Below, piece after piece: positions 13,640 to 26,107 of a DNA stretch of 64,000 bases (position 1 is the first letter of the stretch; each line of letters opens with the position of its first letter). Under the pieces are notes generated by a model that did no database searches, was not told the origin of the DNA, and was given only the letters and a program-made list of their open reading frames with translations. Source of the DNA: Planctomycetota bacterium (GTDB taxonomy: Bacteria > Planctomycetota > Planctomycetia > Pirellulales > JADFKK01). Location of the stretch: NCBI GenBank assembly GCA_022564995.1, contig JADFKK010000003.1, positions 3,933 through 67,932 on the forward strand, written 5' to 3'. The translations under genes were made by a program, and so were the position numbers.

Positions 13640-16600
13640 ATGAACCGTCGCTGTTGCCGGGCCTTGGTGCTTTGCGTCGTGGTGGCGTTGTCGTTCGTGT
13701 GCGCCCCCTCGTCGCTGGCGGCGGTCGACGAATCGACGCTGCTCGAAGCTGTGGCTCTCCACAAGGCCGGCAAACTCATCGAGGCGGAGAAGCTGTTGGC
13801 GAGTGTGTTGGTTGCTATCGACGACGGCACGCTGGCGCGGCGGAACCTGGGACGCTGCGTCAAGCCGCTGGCTTATATATATCACAAGTGGGGCCGCCAC
13901 GAAGAGGCCCTCAAGCTTTCGCTGCGGCATCGCGGCATCATTGAGGGGCAATCGGGGCTCGACGCCGCTCGTCGCCGCCGGGAGCTTGCGGAAAACGCCG
14001 GGCGATTGGCCACCATTTACACGGCCCTCGGGAAGCTGGACGAAGCGGAAACGTATCTGCAAAGCATGTTACCGCCCCAGGGCGCCGACACGAGCGATAA
14101 TCCCGTCGCGCCGCTGAATGTTCGCATCAAACTCGCGAAACTGGCCGAATCCCAGCAAGACAAGGCCAAGTCGCAAGCGCATTGGAAAAAAGTATCCAGC
14201 GATGCCTGGGCCGCGCTGGAAGGGATCAGGAAGGGCAAGATCGCGACCCGGCATCGCGACGGTTGTGCTGCCGCATTGGTCAGCGCCTACCTGGCCGCGG
14301 GACATTTCAAGAGAGCCATCGACGTCGAAATCTGGCTGCTCAAGTTTCACGACTCGAACCGCAATCGGTCGCTGGCGATCCGAACCCGCCGGGACATTGG
14401 CGTGCTGTACAACGAACTTCGCGATTACAGGCGGGCAAAACAGTATTTGGACCAGGCGCTGGCCGCCGAACACCGCCGCTCGGCTGGCAGTGACGTCGGC
14501 AGCGACACCGAGGCCGGGCTGCTCGAAGCTCTGGCCGGCGTCTTGAAGAGCCTCGGACAGCGGACCAAGGCCAATGAACGCTGGTTGGAAGCCGCCGCGA
14601 TTTACGAAATCCATCTGCGCCGCGAGGAGAAGATCGAGCACCACGAATCGGACCAGATCACCCTGCTCGGTCGAATTCTGTCGGTCTATCAAAAGGCCGG
14701 TCAGTTCGACCAAGCGATCGACGCCGGCGTGCGGCTGCTGGCGCTGCACAAACAGCGCAGTGGCGAAGACCACCCAGATACCTACACCGCGAAGTCCCGT
14801 CTCGGCGCCCTGTATGGAGCCCGCGGACACTACGAACAAGGCCAGCCGCTGCTGAGCGAAGCGATCGAATCCTGGCGCGCGCATCGGCCGCCGAATCCGG
14901 GGCAGCTCGCCTCGGCGCTGAACAACATGGCGGCCATCGAGCGCGCGATCGGTTCGCTGACTCGTGCGGAAAAGTTATTCGACGAAGCGCTGAGCATTCG
15001 CATCAAACGATTCAAGCCCGACGATCTGCGAGTGGCCGATTCGCGGAGCAATTTGGCCAGCACCTTTTTGGCCCAAGGCATGTATGACATGGCGGTCGTG
15101 AGTTACAAGCAGGCAATCGCCATCTATCGCAGTCGCGGCAAGGCGGCCGAAGATTCACTCTGCACGGCCTTGCTGAACGTGGCGATGGTCTACAAAAGTC
15201 AGGGGCAGTTCGACCAGTCGATCCGCTACTGCAACGACGCTCGTGAGGTGTATCAAGACGCCTTTGGCGAGAATACGCCCGGCTCGGTCGCCTATTACAA
15301 CGCGGCCGTCTCGCTCTATATCCCGCAGGGCAGATTGAAGCCGGCCGAACGAGACAACCGCCAGGCCATTGCAATCTGCGAAAAGAACCACATGCAGGGC
15401 GAGGTGGTTTACGCCACAGCCCTGCATCATCAAGCGCAGATCGCCTACTTGCAAAATAAACTCGTCGATGCCCGCGACCACTGGAACAAGGCGCTCGCCA
15501 TTCAGCGGACCGTCGGCCAGAGCCTGCACGTCGCCCGCTCGCTGGTTTACCTGGCTCGTGTTGAACAGTTGCAGGAAAATCCCCAGGCGGCCGAGCCGCT
15601 GTATCGCGAGGCCCTGTCGCATCAGGCCACGCCGAATGTTCACTATTTGGCCCGCACGAATCTGGCCGACATTCTTCGCCGTCGCGGCGAGACCAAAGAC
15701 GCCGAGGCCTTGCTGGACCAAGCCGTGCGATTGATCGAAATTCCGCGCTCGGCGGTCACCGGGGCGGAAGGAGAGCGGGCCGAGCACTTCGCCCAATTCG
15801 CCACGGCCCACGGCGATCAACCCTCGGCTTTCGATCTGTTGATCGATCTGAAACTCGCCAGCGGGCAGATCGACGAGGCGTTTCAATTCGCGGAGCGTGG
15901 ACGCAACCGCACGTTTCTCGACCAACTCAATCTGGCCGGCATTGATCTCCGCAAAACGCTCAGCGCCGACGTCGCCGCAAGACTGCTTCCGCGAGAAAAA
16001 ATGTTGCGAGTTAAGATCGCCGCGTTACGGGCCGACGCCATCGCTGAAGTGCGTCGCGGCAACAACAACGAGACGGATCGTAAGCGAATGAATGCGACGC
16101 TGAGCGTTTTGCAATCGCAATATGCCGACGCCTGGAAAGACATTCGCGCGGCGAGCCCGCTGTATCGTGACTTGCGCCAGCAGGGCACGGCGCTGACCTC
16201 GCTGGCCGCCGTCCGCAAACATCTGTCTGCAACGCGCGGCGTGATGCTGTTTTATTACGTCGGTTCGAGCGGCGCCCATCTGCTGGTGGTCGGACCCGAC
16301 GCGGCCAAAGACGAGGACATTAAGCTGTCGGTTCCGGCGGAGTTGGCCGCCGAGATGCGAGTCGATGAGGGCCCGTTAACCCGAGCGAAGACCGTCAAGC
16401 TGGTCAACGCGTATTTGGCCGACCTGCGCGATCGACGCGGCGGAGTGCGCGGAGGCGTCGAGTCAGACGGCAGCGAAGCGCCGCCAACAACAGGGCTGAA
16501 CATTCCCAACGCCACGGTCAAACGCGGCCTCGACGGCACCGTTTTTTCACCCAAGGGATATCTGGCGGCCGATTCCGGCGTCGAGCTGGCCGAGGTCTTT

Positions 16601-17845
16601 GTGCCTCGCCGCGTCCGCCAGATCGTCGCCAAGCAAAAGGCTCGCAGCGTGGTGATTGTGCCCGACGGGGCGCTGCATCAACTTCCGTTCGAGGCGCTGC
16701 TGCTGTCGCGCGAGCCGCAGCGGACGTATCTACTCGATGAGTTTCCGCCGATCAGCTACGCCCCGTCGGCATCGATTCTGATGGGGCTGTTGAATCGCGG
16801 TTCGAGCACTTCGCCAGCGGTCAGCGCCCTGTCGGTAGGCAATCCACAATACGAATTAGGGGCCGAAGACAAGCTGCCCGGTTCGCTGGCCGGCACCTCG
16901 CGCGACGCCTACTTCTCGCTCGGCGGCCAACTGCCGGCGCTGCCGGGCACCGACCTGGAGTGCGCCAAGGTACAAGCGGCCTTGGGCAAAGATCGCGTCA
17001 CCGTGCTGCGTCGTGCCGAGGCCACCGAAGCCAACGTGCGGGCCGCCATCGCCGGCAAGCGATTCGTTCATCTGGCCGCCCACGGGCTGGTCGACCAGAA
17101 ACACGACAACCTGTTCGGCGCGATCGCGCTGACCGTGCCCGAGGGGAATTTCGATAATGGGGAAAACGACGGGTTCTTGTCGCTGGCGGAGATTTTTCAG
17201 CTGCCGCTCGGCGATTGCGAATTGGCCGTGCTCAGCGCCTGCCAGACGAACGTCGGCCCGGATCGCCCGTTGGAGGCCGCCTCGACGCTGGCTCAGGGCT
17301 TTCTCATCGCCGGCGCCCGGCGGGTCGTGTGTAGCCATTGGAGCGTCGACGACGCCTCGACCGCGGAAATGATGGGTCTGTTTTTCGATGCGATTGCCGA
17401 CGCGCTGCGACGCGATGCGGGCGTCGACTACGCCGCGGCATTGCACGTCGCTCGCAAGAAAATCCGCAGCGATCCACGTTGGTCGTCGCCGTATTTCTGG
17501 GCCCCGTTCGTTCTGCTGGGACCATCGGCCGACCGTGCTTTCATCGCCGAGGAGAAACAGCCTCCAGCAACAGCGCCGGTCGTCGGGGCTGTTTCGCCGG
17601 TCACCATGCCGCCCGCTCGCAGCAAACCTTTGCCATTGCCTGCGATCGAATCGTCCACGTCTCGAATCGTCGAGCCCGAACCATCGGCGCTCGAAGAGGC
17701 CCGCGGGGAATTTGGCTGGAAACTTTGGGCGCTGTGCGCCGCCGCCGCGCTGGCGGTTGTCGGCCTCGCGGCGCTCGGCGTTCAATTCGTCATCCGCAAG
17801 AAACGAAAGCCCCGCCGAACACACGTCATTCGCGATCAGACATAA
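13640..17845 (+). CDS. TPR-CHAT (caspase/separase-like) protease with signal peptide and C-terminal membrane anchor
   Basis: Signal peptide; many TPRs (ASALNNMA, ADSRSNLA); CHAT motifs IVPDGALHQLPFEAL, VHLAAHG (His), VLSACQT (Cys), SHWSVDD, PYFWAPFVL; C-terminal TM followed by RKKRK. Confidence 0.92.
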   Translation: MNRRCCRALVLCVVVALSFVCAPSSLAAVDESTLLEAVALHKAGKLIEAEKLLASVLVAIDDGTLARRNLGRCVKPLAYIYHKWGRHEEALKLSLRHRGIIEGQSGLDAARRRRELAENAGRLATIYTALGKLDEAETYLQSMLPPQGADTSDNPVAPLNVRIKLAKLAESQQDKAKSQAHWKKVSSDAWAALEGIRKGKIATRHRDGCAAALVSAYLAAGHFKRAIDVEIWLLKFHDSNRNRSLAIRTRRDIGVLYNELRDYRRAKQYLDQALAAEHRRSAGSDVGSDTEAGLLEALAGVLKSLGQRTKANERWLEAAAIYEIHLRREEKIEHHESDQITLLGRILSVYQKAGQFDQAIDAGVRLLALHKQRSGEDHPDTYTAKSRLGALYGARGHYEQGQPLLSEAIESWRAHRPPNPGQLASALNNMAAIERAIGSLTRAEKLFDEALSIRIKRFKPDDLRVADSRSNLASTFLAQGMYDMAVVSYKQAIAIYRSRGKAAEDSLCTALLNVAMVYKSQGQFDQSIRYCNDAREVYQDAFGENTPGSVAYYNAAVSLYIPQGRLKPAERDNRQAIAICEKNHMQGEVVYATALHHQAQIAYLQNKLVDARDHWNKALAIQRTVGQSLHVARSLVYLARVEQLQENPQAAEPLYREALSHQATPNVHYLARTNLADILRRRGETKDAEALLDQAVRLIEIPRSAVTGAEGERAEHFAQFATAHGDQPSAFDLLIDLKLASGQIDEAFQFAERGRNRTFLDQLNLAGIDLRKTLSADVAARLLPREKMLRVKIAALRADAIAEVRRGNNNETDRKRMNATLSVLQSQYADAWKDIRAASPLYRDLRQQGTALTSLAAVRKHLSATRGVMLFYYVGSSGAHLLVVGPDAAKDEDIKLSVPAELAAEMRVDEGPLTRAKTVKLVNAYLADLRDRRGGVRGGVESDGSEAPPTTGLNIPNATVKRGLDGTVFSPKGYLAADSGVELAEVFVPRRVRQIVAKQKARSVVIVPDGALHQLPFEALLLSREPQRTYLLDEFPPISYAPSASILMGLLNRGSSTSPAVSALSVGNPQYELGAEDKLPGSLAGTSRDAYFSLGGQLPALPGTDLECAKVQAALGKDRVTVLRRAEATEANVRAAIAGKRFVHLAAHGLVDQKHDNLFGAIALTVPEGNFDNGENDGFLSLAEIFQLPLGDCELAVLSACQTNVGPDRPLEAASTLAQGFLIAGARRVVCSHWSVDDASTAEMMGLFFDAIADALRRDAGVDYAAALHVARKKIRSDPRWSSPYFWAPFVLLGPSADRAFIAEEKQPPATAPVVGAVSPVTMPPARSKPLPLPAIESSTSRIVEPEPSALEEARGEFGWKLWALCAAAALAVVGLAALGVQFVIRKKRKPRRTHVIRDQT

Positions 17846-18279
17846 GCATTTGTAGGAGGCGTCTGCGACGGCCGCCTCATCAACTGAACGACCTCCCCGT
17901 AAAGACCTCCGGCAACATCGTCGGGCGTGTCGTGCTCAATGTCGACATCCTTACCTAGCTTGCTCGTCCAGGCACCGCTGGAGAGTTGACGCGCGGCGTG
18001 TTTGTAAAATGAGAAGTCGCCGTAGAGGGCGACCTTCTCGAAGCCGGGCTCAAGATTAGCGTCGTCGCAGTCTTCATAGCCCAATGTCTTGAAAGCCAGC
18101 GCAAGAATTCCAATGCCGAAGTCGCCGGCCGCCGTATCGGCGGGCCAAAATCGCCCCGGCTGCCACCAATGTTTCGTGTCGCGAGCGGCCCACGCAATGC
18201 AGTTGTAACCCACGTCGGCAGCGCTGGTGACCTTGTGGTTTTCGCTCGTCAGCCGCGGGAAATCATTGCTGGGGATCAT
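17836..18279 (-). CDS. Small protein with putative papain-like Cys-His motifs (DUF7689-like)
   Basis: YNCIAWA...HAARQLSSGAWTSKLG...DIEH; overlaps its upstream partner gene. Confidence 0.6.
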   Translation of the reverse strand: MIPSNDFPRLTSENHKVTSAADVGYNCIAWAARDTKHWWQPGRFWPADTAAGDFGIGILALAFKTLGYEDCDDANLEPGFEKVALYGDFSFYKHAARQLSSGAWTSKLGKDVDIEHDTPDDVAGGLYGEVVQLMRRPSQTPPTNAYV

Positions 18280-18592
18280 CTGAGACTATCCCCTTTTGCC
18301 GCCCCCAGCCGATCCAGGATTGGCTCATCCCGTCGACGTTACCCTGGGCGTCGGGCTCGGCGGGGTTCTCACCGGTGATGGCCTCTAGCGCCCAAAACCA
18401 ATGATCCGGCTCACGCTGTAGTTCAGCCAGAATGAGCGGCACGACCGCCGCGCCCATCCCGATGATCTGCTGATACGGCCAGAGCATCGATATCTGGGCC
18501 GTGTTGGAAAGGTATCGCGACTCGGCCTTCCATTGATCCTTGAGTTGCCCGAAGCGATCCTGCAAGTCGGCTTGGACCACGGAAGCGGACAT
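18263..18592 (-). CDS. Hypothetical helical protein, partner of the Cys-His protein
   Basis: YQQIIGMG..VVPLIL.EL..EPDHWFWALEAITGENP...W..WG reads like a conserved protein; overlaps the downstream gene by 17 bp. Confidence 0.65.
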   Translation of the reverse strand: MSASVVQADLQDRFGQLKDQWKAESRYLSNTAQISMLWPYQQIIGMGAAVVPLILAELQREPDHWFWALEAITGENPAEPDAQGNVDGMSQSWIGWGRQKGIVSDDPQQ

Positions 18593-18746
18593 GGCGGGAT
18601 TCCCCGGCTGAGAAAACTTTGTCGTGTGCTGCGGGCTGATCGCGACGGCGTGACGACACGCCTTGGTGAAGTATCGCGTCTCGTTGGCATCGGATCAAGG
18701 GCGATTCTCGCTCTGGGGTTGTCTGCGTTAGGGGGCGCACTGTAGG

Positions 18747-21995
<3,249 letters not shown>

Positions 21996-22011
21996 GGTCG
22001 AAGTGAAGGTT

Positions 22012-22320
22012 TTAACACGGAGAAACGGAGCGACACGGAGGTTAAAGAACGCGGGATCATAAACTCGTCAACATGGCGGATATCGCGGCCCTCCAACTCC
22101 CTCTTCGCGATCTTTGTGACCTTCTGTTCAGATCTTCTGTTCGTGTTTTTCCGTTAGAGCGATCCGCCTTGGAGTCGTTGTGATGCAAGGTATATCTCCC
22201 AGAACAAAAGATTATGGAACAGAAGGTCACTAAGGTCGCAAAGGAAAGGAGGAAGATGAATTATTTTCAATTCCCCACGCCCTCTCCGTGCTTCTCCGTT
22301 CCTCCGTGTCTCCGTGTTAA
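22012..22320. repeat. Intergenic nested inverted repeats between imuB and dnaE2
   Basis: Outer pair TTAACACGGAG(AAACGGAG)...(CTCCGTGT)CTCCGTGTTAA; inner pair GTGACCTTCTGTTC / GAACAGAAGGTCAC. Confidence 0.7.
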
Positions 22321-22331
22321 TTTCCTTCCCC

Positions 22332-23948
22332 TTACTCAAAAGCCCCATGCAAAAACCATTGGCCGTCGTTTAGCCGACGGAAGAGCCAAAAGCGGGAGCC
22401 GCGGTCGGTTTCGACGCGGTAATAGTCTCGGCGGATGCCGCGCTTGCGCCACCAGCCGGTTTCGATGCGCTCGGGGCCCCAGTGACGATGGACCTGATGC
22501 GGGGTGTTATTGAAGATGAAGCGGGAGGGGAAAAAGGGGACAGGTACATTTTGCCGGAACGGCCCGGAGGGTGCTTCGCACAAAATGTACCTGTCCCCTT
22601 TTTCCGCCAACGCCACGGGACGCGGCAGCAACATCAACGGACGATGGGCGGGGGCGGATATTGATGGCCCGCCGCCGCGCCGCTTGGTGCTCTCGCCGGT
22701 CAACGGCACGTAGCGACAAGCCAACTCCGGCTGGGCGTCGGCCGAGAGTCGCGGACGCAGCACGGCCGGGCCGCCCAAACGGCTGCTCAAGCGATCGACC
22801 AGCACGGCCAGTTGGCGGCGCCCGGCGGCCTGATCTCCGTCGGCGAATAACTGTTGCTGACGACATTCCAGCGGCGCGGTGGCGGTGGCCTTGACCGATA
22901 GCTCGCTCACCGCCGCGTTGGGGCGAAGTCGCTCCAGTTGCATCTGAACCAATTCCCATAGATGCCGACTATCGGCGCTGGGACGAAACAAACCGACCGC
23001 GAACTCCAGCGGCCCGCCATGTTCACACCGCAGCCGGCATTGCAGCCGCAGCGCCCCGATGCCCTCAGCAACCAGCTGCCCGGCCAGTTGTTCGATGAGT
23101 TGTTGCAGCACAAATTCGATCTGTTCGCTACGGGTGGTGGGAGCCTCTAGCAACCACTCGGCCTGCAAGGTGGGCTGGCTGCGAACCGCGCGGACCGGTT
23201 CGGCCACGGCGCCGGTCGCCTGATCGATTCGCCGTAGGACTTCGTCGCCGAGTCGCGAGGATAAACCTTCGCGCGGGAGTGAGAGTAGCTGTTCGATTGT
23301 TCTGATGCCCAGTTCACCGAGCAGAGTGACGGTTTTCTCGGAAAGACGCAGGGCTTCGACGGGCAATGTGCGCAGGGCGTCCTGGGTTTGTTCTGCGGGG
23401 ATGAGGTGGGCTAATCCGCAAGCGGTGGTTGGCGTGGCGAAATGCGCTACGGCCCAGGCGGCGCCGATTGTTTCGGCAATGGCCAGACGCACGGTGAGAT
23501 GACGACGCCGGAGTGCTTGGATCATTTTTTCCGCCAGTGCTTGTTCTCCGCCAAACAGCCCCGCCACGCCGGTGATGTCTAGTAACAGTCCCTCGCCGGG
23601 TTCCATCTCATCGAGTCCGACGACGGGGCTGAACTTTTCGCACCAGAGGGCCAGTTGCTCCAGGGCGCGACGATCGGCCTCGGCGTCGTGCGGTTCCAGA
23701 TGTAACGCGCCGGGCCGACCGCCCGACCCGACCAGCGCCTCAGCTTCGGCCGCCGGCATCCCCGCTCGCACGCCGCGACGATACGCCTCGGCTGAACAGG
23801 CCACCACGCGCCGGCCGCCGCGATGGGGAGCTTCGAGCGCCACGGCGCGGCCGTCAAGCTCCGGCCGGGCGACAATGAGCCGCTGGATCGGCCAATTCGG
23901 CAGCCAAAGGCAAAGCATGCGCGGCGGTGATGCCTGTCTCGTCATCAA
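22332..23948 (-). CDS. imuB: Y-family polymerase-like ImuB
   Basis: LCLWLPNWPIQR, GVRAGM, FSPVVG, LLLDITG, GPERIETGWW, RDYYRVE, WFLHGAFE; lies between imuA and dnaE2. Confidence 0.93.
   Translation of the reverse strand: MMTRQASPPRMLCLWLPNWPIQRLIVARPELDGRAVALEAPHRGGRRVVACSAEAYRRGVRAGMPAAEAEALVGSGGRPGALHLEPHDAEADRRALEQLALWCEKFSPVVGLDEMEPGEGLLLDITGVAGLFGGEQALAEKMIQALRRRHLTVRLAIAETIGAAWAVAHFATPTTACGLAHLIPAEQTQDALRTLPVEALRLSEKTVTLLGELGIRTIEQLLSLPREGLSSRLGDEVLRRIDQATGAVAEPVRAVRSQPTLQAEWLLEAPTTRSEQIEFVLQQLIEQLAGQLVAEGIGALRLQCRLRCEHGGPLEFAVGLFRPSADSRHLWELVQMQLERLRPNAAVSELSVKATATAPLECRQQQLFADGDQAAGRRQLAVLVDRLSSRLGGPAVLRPRLSADAQPELACRYVPLTGESTKRRGGGPSISAPAHRPLMLLPRPVALAEKGDRYILCEAPSGPFRQNVPVPFFPSRFIFNNTPHQVHRHWGPERIETGWWRKRGIRRDYYRVETDRGSRFWLFRRLNDGQWFLHGAFE
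22529..22605. repeat. In-frame palindromic insertion in imuB
   Basis: Perfect 25-bp arms GGAAAAAGGGGACAGGTACATTTTG and CAAAATGTACCTGTCCCCTTTTTCC. Encodes EKGDRYILCEAPSGPFRQNVPVPFF. Confidence 0.9.
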
Positions 23949-24594
23949 TCTCCAACTCCACGGCCCTCTGGCCTAACATCGGACGAGAGCGGAGCAGCCG
24001 CACCCGCAGCCTTCGCCCGCCACTGGAGGCCAGCGGCTCAACCAACCATCGCGTCTGGGCCCACGACGGCTCGCCGCGGACCGCGGCCGGACGGACCAAC
24101 ATCCCCAGACACCCGGAAGACTCCACGGCCAGTTGCATGCGCCGGTAGGCCCGCCCGTCGAGCTTCTCCGGCTGGCACAACACGGCCGCCACGCCGCCGC
24201 AGCGCAGCGCCTGATCGAGCGCCCAATACTCGTCGGCATCGCTTTCGGTACGAATGACGATCATCCGCCGCAGGTCGATTCCCAGCGCGGCGGCTGCCGG
24301 CGGATAAAACGTCCGCCGTCGATCCATCACCACCAGCGCCCCGCCATCACGACATGCCGCCCCGGCCGCCGCCAGTGCCAAGCTGCCAGCGCCGCCGCCC
24401 GGCGCCGCCGCCAACCACTCAACAAGCGTCCCCCGACTCAAACCGCCCCCGGGCAGCAGCCAATCGAGGGCTTCGGACCCGGTCGAAACCAGCGTCTCGG
24501 CGGCGGCCGGCCGCGACCCTTCCAGCCGCCGCACCTGCTGGCCAAGTGTCTGAACGATTTTCTGGACATGCTCACTCCCGTTCATGGTTTTCAT
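23854..24594 (-). CDS. imuA: RecA-like ImuA
   Basis: STGSEALDWLLPGGGLSRGTLVEW, YPPA, WALDQALRC, RRMQLAVE, PSWA. ATG at 24594 has a GGAG RBS. Confidence 0.9.
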   Translation of the reverse strand: MKTMNGSEHVQKIVQTLGQQVRRLEGSRPAAAETLVSTGSEALDWLLPGGGLSRGTLVEWLAAAPGGGAGSLALAAAGAACRDGGALVVMDRRRTFYPPAAAALGIDLRRMIVIRTESDADEYWALDQALRCGGVAAVLCQPEKLDGRAYRRMQLAVESSGCLGMLVRPAAVRGEPSWAQTRWLVEPLASSGGRRLRVRLLRSRPMLGQRAVELEIDDETGITAAHALPLAAELADPAAHCRPAGA

Positions 24595-24616
24595 GGGATA
24601 CTCCAACGCGGTAAAC

Positions 24617-24636
24617 TACTGTACGGGTGTATCGTA
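24617..24636. promoter_or_regulatory. Candidate LexA/SOS operator upstream of imuA
   Basis: Imperfect 20-bp palindrome TACTGTACGGGTGTATCGTA, 22 bp upstream of the imuA start. Confidence 0.45.
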
Positions 24637-24803
24637 TTTTGGTCAAGGGCCAGTTGAGTGATTCTGTGGAGATATTTTGTCGAGAGGTTTTTCTGCGCGA
24701 GGCGCGCGGGCGCGACCACTGGTCGCGGCTTTACAAGGAGGAGCGGCGGAGGTCATACTGAAGCTGTTGTTTTTGTCTTTCCCCCGCGCTGCGAGACGCC
24801 CCG

Positions 24804-25970
24804 ATGGCAAATGTTAAATGCCCAGGATGCGGCACGATCGTCACGGTCGACCCGGCGGCAGGGCAGACCATGGGTTGTCCGAACTGTCGCACGCCGCTCG
24901 GCGTGGGCGGGTCATCGACCGTGCCCAACGCCGCCCAAGGCCGCAGCGGCGAAGTGCCGATCGCTTCGCCGCCCCCGCCGGCTGCGCAGTTGCCCCAACA
25001 ATCCACGCCGCAACCTCTCCCCCCCCAGCCCTCGGCGGCAGCCGGGGGTTCGCCCGTCGCCCCAGATCAGATCGCTGTTCAAGCTGCAGTACAAGCCGCG
25101 GCCCAAGCTGCCGCCACTCAGGCGGTTGCCGCCCAGAGCGCCGCCCAGGCCACACGCCGGCCAGCCGCGCCGGTGGCCACTCCGGTCGGCCGTGCGGCCC
25201 CCGCAGCAGCAGCCGTGCCGCAAGACGGCACTCAGATCAAGGCGACCCGCCGCGCGGTGCGGCGCAAGTCGACTAATTCGGCGGCGAACCTGATCGCGAT
25301 CTTGATCGTTGCCGGCCTGGCATTCGTCGTCTTGGGCGGAGGGTTGATCTGGTATCTCAACGTGGCGTCGAAGCCCAAAGTCACCTCGACGCCGACCGAG
25401 TCCACCGATGAGACATCCAAGACGGATCGTCCCGTCACTAATTCAAAAACAAATGCCAAAACTGATCCGACAACTAATGCCAACACCGGCGCCAAAAAAA
25501 CCGTCCCGGCCACTTCCACAAATATCGAAGTTCAAGTTCAGTCCGTCGAATTCGACGCGCCGCGATGGCGCAGCGCGGCGAGTGTGGCCAAGGTGCTCCA
25601 GTACAAATGCCTCGTCGTGCGAATAAAAATTACCAATTCCGGCAGTGCAGCGGTCGAGTACCGAAGCTGGCATCTGACGCCCTACACGGCCATTGACGGC
25701 AAATCGCCCGACGAGACCAAACTCGTCGATGATCGTAGTCGTGTCTATCCGGCCGTCAACATTCCCGGCGCCGTCACGTTCAACGGCCACGTCCCCAAAG
25801 CCAGCATCGCCAGGGGCGAATCGGTCGTCGACGCCCTGCTATTTCGCGTGCCGAGCGGTTTCTCGCCCGGCGACGTCAAATCGCTTCGCCTGACACTTTC
25901 CGGCAAGGCCGTTGGCCAAGAAGACGGATTTGAATTGAAGATCGACGGCAGTGATATTGTCGAGCTTTAG
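24804..25970 (+). CDS. Zinc-ribbon, Pro/Ala-rich single-pass membrane protein with Ig-like (DUF4352-like) ectodomain
   Basis: CPGC...CPNC, low-complexity linker, TM LIAILIVAGLAFVVLGGGLIW, then VVRIKITN..LVDD...DALLF.VP. Confidence 0.7.
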   Translation: MANVKCPGCGTIVTVDPAAGQTMGCPNCRTPLGVGGSSTVPNAAQGRSGEVPIASPPPPAAQLPQQSTPQPLPPQPSAAAGGSPVAPDQIAVQAAVQAAAQAAATQAVAAQSAAQATRRPAAPVATPVGRAAPAAAAVPQDGTQIKATRRAVRRKSTNSAANLIAILIVAGLAFVVLGGGLIWYLNVASKPKVTSTPTESTDETSKTDRPVTNSKTNAKTDPTTNANTGAKKTVPATSTNIEVQVQSVEFDAPRWRSAASVAKVLQYKCLVVRIKITNSGSAAVEYRSWHLTPYTAIDGKSPDETKLVDDRSRVYPAVNIPGAVTFNGHVPKASIARGESVVDALLFRVPSGFSPGDVKSLRLTLSGKAVGQEDGFELKIDGSDIVEL

Positions 25971-26001
25971 GGAGCTGTTAGCTGTTAGCGACTGAGGGGG
26001 T

Positions 26002-26072
26002 GGAGCCGCCGTGTCCCCACGGCGATGCAGGTTAGCAGCGCGACGTACATCGCCCTGGGGACAGGGCGGCTC
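26002..26072. repeat. 71-bp REP-like palindrome; second copy at 29665-29735
   Basis: GGAGCCGCCGTGTCCCCACGGCGATG...CATCGCCCTGGGGACAGGGCGGCTC, flanked by short heptamer repeats (GCTGTTA, ATTCCGA). Confidence 0.8.
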
Positions 26073-26107
26073 TTAAGTTCCACATTCCGAATTCCGAATT
26101 CTCCCCC

